Shown here one piece after another: positions 54,154 through 64,000 of a stretch of DNA of 64,000 nt. Location of the stretch: the NCBI GenBank assembly GCA_951406725.2, contig OX597822.1, positions 59,706,001 to 59,770,000 on the forward strand. Direction: 5' to 3'. Each line of letters opens with the position of its first letter. Position 1 is the first letter of the stretch. The stretch comes from Octopus vulgaris. Lineage: Eukaryota. The notes under the pieces were generated by a model. That model saw only the letters and a list, made by a program, of their open reading frames with translations. It ran no database searches and had not been told where the DNA came from. A program made the position numbers and the translations under genes.

Positions 54154-55588
54154 TTGTGCTGTGTTAGTGTGTGCATGTCTGTGCTACCACGTAGTTTCCG
54201 CATAACAAATTTACTCAAATTGATTAATCCTGGGTTATAATAGAAACACTTTCCCTAGCTGCTGCACAATGCCACTAAACTCAAAACGAACTTCTTGGCC
54301 ACATAGTCAAACCTGCATTTGGAAATAGTTCACTTCCACACTGTGCTAGTATTATCGCCTCTCTTTTATATTTTCATCCTTCTGCTTCCTTCTTCTTTTC
54401 ACAATATACTTCTACACTTTTCCATCTAATTTCTGACCATTATTAATTATCCTATTATTTCTTCAGATTTAATTTCCTGTCAATAACTGTTATTAATCCA
54501 TTGTTCTTATTCTTCCAGCTCACTCACTCCACGCAGTTTTTGTGGAAGCAACCGTGATGACGTACTTAAATTTCTTGTTCTTAACCTCCTCGCCTGACCC
54601 AGTCGTTTTACGTATCTCCTAAGTAACTAATCCACAGCCTATAGCTTGTTACTTCTGTAACAACTCCTATCGCACAACTCACTTCTGACATCGCACATCC
54701 ACCTCACTACTCTTACCTGCTATATTACTCATATTATTCTATGTTGGTTTTTCTCTCTATCTCTTCTTATCTAACCTTCGACTTTACTTCCGTTGTTTTT
54801 TCACATTCACAATCCTACTGATATGATTTTTACTTTTTCTCTTCTCTCTCTATTCAAGCAGAAACTTTAAAGAAGTTACAATTATAAACAACTGATGTTT
54901 TGGCTATATCCCTTTAGGCAAAGTTTTGTTTATTTCATTCTAGTTCTCAGGAAAAGTATGAGATCAACGTCTTAGCAACAATGTCCCGAAATTTCGATAT
55001 ACGATCTCCACACCCAATATTAAGAGCATCATACTTCAGTAGATTAACCTACGATAATTTTTGTCTTAATTCATCGTATATATATATGTTATATGTAATT
55101 AGGAAGGGCATTTTTCTATAAAACAAGTTTGTCTTCATTCAATTTCATGAATCTTTCACTCCGTAAGAAATGTTATTTTAAATTCTTGTAGAAAGTGATT
55201 CACTTTTCTGTTTTGCCATCAGAACTTAGTAGTCTAAACAGACTGAAATCTATGCTGATAAAGTTATATCTAAGTTTAAAACTGTTGAAGGCTGACATCT
55301 TTGCTCATCATTCTTCTGTGATTGAAAACAGATAAAGTAACAATCAATTACTGGAGTCAATATATTCGACTATATCGTTCCCTCCAAAACTTGAGCCTAA
55401 GTATATATAATTTATGTAATATATATCTACTTGCATACATCTGAACATAAATATCTACACATATATATATACTTACATATGTGTATGTATGTATGTATGT
55501 ATGTATGTATGTATGTATGTATGTATGTATGTATGTATGTATGTATGCATGTGTATGTATGTATGTATGTACATACATACATACATAC

Positions 55589-55619
<31 letters not shown>

Positions 55620-56445
55620 TGCATGTATGTGTGCATGTGTGTATGTATGCCCACACACATTCCTGGTCGATTTATGTATCATCCACGCACGACGTCAACA
55701 GTAGTGTATGCTGAATGAGTAAAGGCTTTTACTTAAGCAGCAACTAATAAGGCGAATAGTTGCCAAACAACTACTAAGACAACTTGTGGTAAATATTCCA
55801 TATTTTTTTTCATGGAATGATGTATTTCAGGTTTATCCTTCACAATTGTTCAAGTTCTATAGCAAAATTAGACTACTGACCACTTGTCGAGTTTGAGAAC
55901 CCTCATTGATTAAAAATGTTAGAACTAATATTGTAAAACCATATTACCGTGAAGAAAACTTCTTACTGAAAGGACTGTGCGCCTACATATATATGCGTAT
56001 ACAATGCATATTGATGTATGTATATATGTATATATATATATATACTCTTTTACTCTTTTACTTGTTTCAGTCATTTAACTGTGGCCATGCTGGAGCACCG
56101 CATTTAGTCGAGCAAATCGACCCCAGGAGTTATTCTTTGTAAGCTTAGTACTTATTCTGTTGGTCTCTTTTGCCGAACCGCTAAGTTACGTAAACACACC
56201 AGCATCGGCTGTCAAGCAATGTTGTGGGGACAAAGACACACAAGCATATACACACACATACGTATATATATATATACATATATACGACGGGATTTTTTTA
56301 GTTTCCATCTACCAAATTCACTCACAAAGCTTTGTTCGGCCCAAGGCTATAGTAGAAGACACTTGCCCACGATGCTACGCAGTGGGGCTGAACCCGGAAC
56401 CATGTGGTTCGTAAGCAAGCTACTTACCACACAGCCACCCCTACG

Positions 56446-56535
<90 letters not shown>

Positions 56536-56536
56536 T

Positions 56537-56589
<53 letters not shown>

Positions 56590-57531
56590 GTCTTTATTAA
56601 TATGTATATGATATTTATCAGTATATAATGTACTTGAAAGACTACTGACTTAAAAGGAAACTTAAACAAACACACTGGGAGTGAATCTACTTTATAATTA
56701 ATTTCATCTGTTTGAAAACATATAAATAACAACATTAATTAATCCGTAGGTGTTTATAAAATATAAACAAAGCACCAATACTGTCTAATCAGTTATTCTG
56801 TCTTTCTCTGTTTTTATGTGTCGTATTTATGATAATTCCATTCAAATCAATAGCATAGCAGATGTGAAGGTTCAAATATACGAATAAATATATTAGTAAA
56901 TAAATAATCCTGGAGATAGAAAAAAAGGAAACTGATGGAAGGAGAGAACAAAAAAAGGACTGAAGGAAAGTGTAAGGTAAAACGCCCAATAACTGAAGGG
57001 TTTCGTCTGTTCAGTAAAGTAATTTATAGTACGAATGGGTAGTTCTGTGCCGAACTAGCAAAAATTAGGTGAAACCAAAAGCAAACACAAGAAGCAAGTG
57101 TATGAATAAATTGTGACATTACGAGTGAGCTCTGAGTGTCATATCTAAGAAATTCCTCGACAGGTCAGCCTGTATGTATTACGATCGTCCAAGTTTAGAT
57201 TAGTAAGCTGAATGCAAACATTGTTTCTCACTGGTTTTTCTTACATCACGTGTGAAGTTTTCTTTAACCATCCTCAGTGATATTGTTTAATGTTGAACTC
57301 TAAAATTACTTACACTGCATATCAAAATTCTTTCCTGGTTGCTGCGGCTGCTGCAGTTGTTCTTATCGTTCGTAGATTGTAACAGAGGGAGAGAGAGAAG
57401 GACAGTGATAGACAGACAGAGATAGATACATAGACAGAAACAAAGAGAGACAGAGTGAGAGAAACAGAGAGAAAGAAGTAGAGAGAAGAGAGATAAAAAG
57501 AAAGAGAGAGAAAAGAAAGAGAGAGAAAAAC

Positions 57532-57578
<47 letters not shown>

Positions 57579-60500
57579 CACTGATAAAATGTGCAATCCG
57601 AAACACCGAATGACAAGAGTTTTCATCTGGTTAATGAACTTGTTTTCTTGGGAAGACACTTTTTCACCCCTAATAGTTTATCTTACAATCAAGAGAAACC
57701 GCAGTAAGAGTGCTACCTAATCAGCTAGACAGTACATCTGCACAAATATACATTTGCTTCAGTCCAACACTGATCCAACCCATCAGCTTATATATGTGTG
57801 TGCGTGTGTGTGTGTCTTTGTATGTATGTGTGTGTGTATATATATTGCTTCCTATCTTGTTTTCCTCACTTCCTTCCATCACTTGTTTCTCTACTCAAGC
57901 TCCTAACTATCATTACATATTCAACTATCCGAAATTCCGTATTAAACACGTATATTTCCCACTATTTCTCTTTAAGTGACTTCAGTATACAAGCAACTTT
58001 TATAGGCTCTTCTCTCTATCAATACCTACAATGTTGGTAAGTGTATAAAACTAACTGACATCCTTAACAATTTATTATTTTCACCAACCGATATTCCTCA
58101 AAGAGTCCTCAGCACACTACCAAAGTTTCTGTTTGCCCACACGGTCATGTAATCGCTTACTAATCAAACCAAAATTCTCCATATGTTTTCCTTCGCAGGT
58201 AACCCTGCTTTTCCACTCTTCAGTACCTCACAGGCTGCCTATGTGAATTAGTTCAACTTTGGACGGATTTATTAGCAAATAGCAACTGATTTTTGAACCA
58301 CTATAACTTTTGCAAGGGACACAGACATCTTACCATCTCTCCGTCGAAACTCATCACACTCCGTCAACCTTTGATATTGTTAAAATGGTGGTTAAGCTCG
58401 ATGGTGTCGTCATATGACATTAGAGACTTTTACACGAGCGAGGTTTTCTGCCAACTTATTAATTAGCTCTTGTCATAAACTACCCAACAACTACATCCAC
58501 CACATCCAAACAAGAATACCCCCTGGATATTTGAAATAATTTTCCTTCCATCACCAAGCCCGTGATTTCTCTGTCTATTCTGCCATCACACCCCCGTCTT
58601 TAAAATTTGCCAATATCATGTAACAATGGTGACCCGTCAGCTCAGCGCACAATTCATTTTACACTCCAAGCGATATAAAAATTCGTTCTAATCCTTTTAA
58701 TTAGCTCACACACCTGCTCATCCCCAAACTCCGTTCTTTTCTTAATCTTATGTACTTATCTATTTTTCTTTACAACTGTGTCTGAATTGTTGCTGGTCAC
58801 TAATACATTGCTGGCTGGTCGCTTGATCTTACTCCTAACATCTCTCAACCAACCACCTCCCTCACAACCAATACTTCACTTCCTATCCTTCTCATCCACT
58901 AATCATATCATGTCCACTTCACGTCGTTATCGTTTGGACCTACTCATTCCTTTTTTCATTACCTCTCACTATCCTTGACAACATCGTACTCTGAAACTTC
59001 AGTTTCTTATCTTCGCAGAAACTCGAACCTATTAACACAAACTCTCTTGGTGTGTACTTCATGTAAGCACATGATTTTGATTTCTCCACATTCCTTATAC
59101 AATCCATACCAGAAATCATTCATTCATGCATTCACTCGCAACAGAGTACCAAAGCAGAGGTTGTGAACAATTTTGGGAATGTGTGCCAGTATTAACATCA
59201 ATTTCTAAGAAAAAAAATCCTTCATGTGGCCATAAGAACTGTTAAGCAGAAGGTCATATATTATTATCATATTTGTAGTTTACAAATAATTCTATAAAGA
59301 AAATTATTTGAAAGCAGTCTGTTTAGATAATCAGTAGCATCTAAATTTTGTGGGGTGTGACAATTTTGGAAATTATACATTTTATTTATTAGTTATTCAC
59401 AAAAATAGTATTGAACAAATAACAATAATGATGAATCTTATTTCAGGATAATGAGGTCTTGATAGCTATGTGCTACTAACAAATATATATCAGAGGAAGT
59501 GAAATTAAAATAAATGAAAGCATTTTAGATAGCACCTTCAAACAATTATTGTTAATGGCTTTTAAAGAAACGGGTAATAGAAAATAACAATTTATAGTGT
59601 TGCATTTTATAAGCAAGACCAAAAATATGATTCAATGTTTTATGAAGACGATAGAAAACTAACTTTATTCATAAATTATACTGTCAATGCAAATATTTTT
59701 AAAGCCAAAACAAAAATCGAAAGGGAAATAAACGTGTTACTCAGCTTCTGTGCGTTCGAACACAGATACTTTGATACTTTATTTTAGCATTGTATTTGGT
59801 TGTTTCAAGAGCTATGCATAACGCAAGAGTCCATCGGTAAGACTACTTCTATAATTAGACTTGACAATGATCTTAAATGAAAACCATGACTCACATGATT
59901 AGTTATTGAAAATATGATAAATTTTGCCACTGCTAGATTTTTCAGATAGACAAAACTTACGCGAATGGAATTGGTTTCAAAATCTCGTTTCCTTTACTAT
60001 TACTGTTAATAATCGATACATCTTGATGTCCAATTCTCAAGTCTATCAATTTTTGTCTCCACATTGTATTGCTTTGAAAATCATTCATTTGCACTTAACA
60101 GTTATTCAAATCAATCCATTGCAGCATTTTCAAATTCTGGATCTGTAAACTTATACTGTCGATATACTTAAGGAATTTTGAAGTTTCTTCAGATGTCCTG
60201 AACTGAGTTAATCTTAAAGAAAATTGTTTCGTAGTTAACTTGATGATGCTCGATAATTAGTTTGAATACATTGAATGCCTGTTTTCTCGTAAACTTGAAA
60301 ATCAGTCAAGTGATATTTAATATATTTAAAAAATAGTTAAAAGGACCATAGTCGACATCTCTGGTTATATTCCTAAGATATTTGTTATCAAACAGGACAG
60401 GAAGTCTTCTGCTAGTTCTGGAAATTGATGTCCAAACCAATCAAGTGTGAATAGAAATCTGTAAAGAAAAAAACATTAAATTATAAATCCACCAAACGTT

Positions 60501-63298
60501 AGTTAGTTCTTGACAATAACATTTTTTTCATTCGACAAAATCAGCCGAATTTCATCGAAACACTAAAAAATCGTTCAAAACAGCACCTAAGCTTAGCAAC
60601 AAACATTGTTGTACATTTGTAGACGTGTGTGCACTGATTTTACCTTGCTCACAAAATTAGTGAGTCAAGTATTTTAGTTTTTTTTTGTTGTTATACAAAG
60701 CCTCCTCACATATACAATGATGAAAGACTACCAGTGAATGACCAACATATTTTACAAACAAATTCAAAAAATCTGCTTCTATACCATTCAATGAGCACAC
60801 CATCAGTCGTCATAGACTTTTTTTCGCTATTCTTTTTCCTTCTTTTCAATTTTGTGAGGCGTCAGTCTCTTTACTATTTACCTTTTCATAATTCAGCCCC
60901 AATAAAATGTTCAGGTAAGGTTGCTAAGCTAACCAGTTCTCCACATATTTCATCATACCTATAAAATCGAGCAATAGTGACCAGTCGAATAGACTGATGT
61001 AACAATGTTTTCATCTAAAATTAAATAGAAAGGAATTTACTTGAAATGTTTTTTATTAGTTGTTTGTTTTTATCAAACGATGAAGGGTTGTCAACTTTAG
61101 TTTCGTAGTTATTGTCACGTGGAACTACAACTTACTTCTAATGAGAATATTAATTATGTAAATATCTACTATAAGTTGCAGTTTTGGAGTATTTCTTATT
61201 TTCTTACTTCTGAATAATCGGTGGATTAATAAACATTTGCACAGTGCATCTCAGTGTGCCTAAAAAGCAATAAGTGCAAAATAATTTCTTTACGTTGTTA
61301 TCAAGGTGTTATTTAATAACTCCTTAAAATCATCAAATCAGAAAATACTAGAGCACGGTGCTTCCCTCCCTCTAACCAATGCCCTCCTCGATAGCCGTAT
61401 GGGCAAATAAGAAGGTCGATTAATTAGAGATTCTTTTACTAGTTGTTACTTTGAAGGTACAGTATTAATAAAAATTTTATTAGTAAATGAAGAGATCAAA
61501 GCAATATCTGTTTTACTAACTCAAGCAGATGGTCACTGGTTAACAATGATTTTTTTCTTTTTCTTTCCTATGTTAAAACAATGTAACCGTAAGCCCATAC
61601 ATATCCACTTCAGACATGACAGCTCATACATTTACAAGTTGTTAATGAAATTCCTCGCAAAAGATTTCGCCTCCCAAGTACGAATAAATATTTTCACATA
61701 CCATGGCTTCTCTAACATCGCCCTAAAAGGAGTTACCATCACCATCTATGAGGCAAGCACCTGCAAGATAATAACAAGAGGAAAATATTTCATCGGACAA
61801 TGAATTTTTAGCAACTACTCACCTATGAAGTTGCAACTGGACTTTTTCTCTGGAGCTACTATAGACCTTACTTCATAACTCTCCGTAGAAATCTTTTAGC
61901 CATTAGGTTACAGACTACCTAACTAATCCACCTAAGTTTCTTTTTGCATCTCTACGGCACCTTACTTTTCAAACCCATTAGCAAACCTAATACATCCTCT
62001 CCAACAAAACAGTTGCTAGCTTCAGCATGGCAGGAAATTTAATAAATAATCTACTAATGAAAGGTTTAGTGAAGACAGTAAGAAAACGACTTTACATGGA
62101 CAGAAGAAAGCAAATGTACGAAAATATATTAAAGAATTTGTACAACTCCCATCACGATTTTTCGACACAACAAAAAGCATCTGGAATATAGTTTTAAGAA
62201 ACAACGATAGTAGATGGGCAGTTACACTCTGCAAACTAATATAAGAGCAAACAAATCGACAGCATGCATATGTGTGACATGAAATCAATAGAAAAGGTTG
62301 AATTCGAATATTGCCCTTTCAAAAAAAAAATGAAGGAAGGCAAACCGAAGAAAAAAATGAGAAGACAGGATGGATTCGAAAAGAGACAAAGCACATGTAA
62401 AAAACAGAATTATAGGAAAAGTGCAGGATACTGTGGGACAGAAGAAATACGTCAGATTCTCATGATAACATGAAATCAACAAGGGTTAGTCGCCATGTGA
62501 TTTAAAACGTGATGTCGATTTTTAACAGCTATAAAATTTATATAACCAAGACCCTTTGCGATGTGCTTTACAACGCCTTGACTACGCACAATTATCAGAG
62601 TTAATTTTGAAAATGTGATTGTGAATGTTCTGATGGGTCAGACAAATAGCTTTATTGATCTAAACGTTATTGATCTAAATCAAACATATAAGATCTGAGA
62701 TGAAATATGAAAAAACATTAATTCAAAGGAACGTAGTGGTGATTTTGATGTAACGTTTTTGAAAACACAGCTCTTCCCTCTTTACGCACACCCACACATA
62801 TATACAGACATATATATATTTATGTAATTGTACACAGATGAAACTATCACAAGCAATACCATCAATGTTACCACTACAGTCAACATAATAACCATCCCAG
62901 CTACCTCCATCACCATCACTACCTCTGCTATCAATGGCATCAGTGAAAAGGTTCAGATGATTCGAGGTGGTGCCTACAGTCTGGATCACCTGGTGGACAA
63001 CAAAATTATATCTAATATACATTCATAAAGCCCAAATATATATATATACACAAACACCTGTCGTACACATGAGCAGGGTATATAACAATCTCGTTCATTG
63101 TATATCATGTGTGCGTGTGTGTGTATGTGTATGTATGTGTGTGTGCGTGCGCGTGTGTAACTTTTTACCAACATAACCTGTTTACCAGTAAATATATGTT
63201 TCTTCACTTCCCTTTTTGAGCCAGTATCGGGAGGTAAAAATCACTTTTGTTAGACTCATTGTTTCAAGAATACATACATACATACATACATACATACA

Positions 63299-63329
<31 letters not shown>

Positions 63330-63593
63330 GTATATGCCTGTGTATTGGTGAGCAAGCACATGTGCGTGTGTGTGTGTCTGTATGTGGTCGAACTCTATCG
63401 TTGGACGATGAAAATACTGATTTTGACATAAGAGTCTGTATCCTGGGGATTAGTACGGCATAGTCCGTATTATCAGTATACTCTCTTAATCCTAAGGATA
63501 CTGACTCTGATGTCAAAATCATGTGATTTGTGGAAACGTGCGTAGTGATGTATTATAAATTTATAAATTCCATCCTATAATTATTGTCATTAC

Positions 63594-63659
<66 letters not shown>

Positions 63660-64000
63660 TGTGAGTGTGTGTGTGTGTCTGTGAGTGTGTGTGTGTGTAT
63701 GTGTGTGTATGTGTTGTGTGTGTGTGTTTATTGATATAAATATGTTTGCACACACACTCACACGTAACATTGTATATTTCTATACATACAGATATGTGCG
63801 TATGTGTGTGCGTATGTGCGTGTGTGTGTGTGTGCGTATGTAAATGTATATAGTGGTTTGGCAGAAGAAATCAATAGAATATGTTGCAGGTTTTAAAAAG
63901 AATGAGTAGTGAGGTCGATTTGTTCAGCTAAAATTCATTAAGGCGGTGTCTCAGCAGTATAATGACAAACAAGTAAAGGATACACACACACACACACACA

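Noticed and set aside
57950-62300. Traces of L1/Tx1-like coding sequence and a strong minus-strand acceptor near 60468
   Set aside because: Too decayed to call, with stops in all frames

Overview
AT-rich, microsatellite-saturated animal genomic DNA. The SINE families and repeat style suggest an octopus/cephalopod genome (inference). Most ORFs in the track are microsatellite artefacts. Supportable coding content: an intact Cys-rich amidated neuropeptide precursor (7835-8149, +), a small spliced gene with a hydrophobic N-terminus (about 32063-33278, -), and decayed transposons (two CR1/L2-type LINEs, Penelope-like RT and GIY-YIG fragments, Tc1/mariner, Helitron, hAT and piggyBac remnants). The most striking signal is a dense set of type I hammerhead ribozymes: 7 intact-looking motifs from 4 sequence families plus degenerate copies from 2-3 more. 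They sit in (TA)n-bounded inverted or tandem repeat elements. These include a young 491-bp tandem retrozyme-like array and a Penelope GIY-YIG remnant whose inverted pseudo-LTRs each carry a hammerhead. Most have a palindromic stem III and an unusually long stem II. All coordinates and pairings were read by eye; no folding or database search was run.
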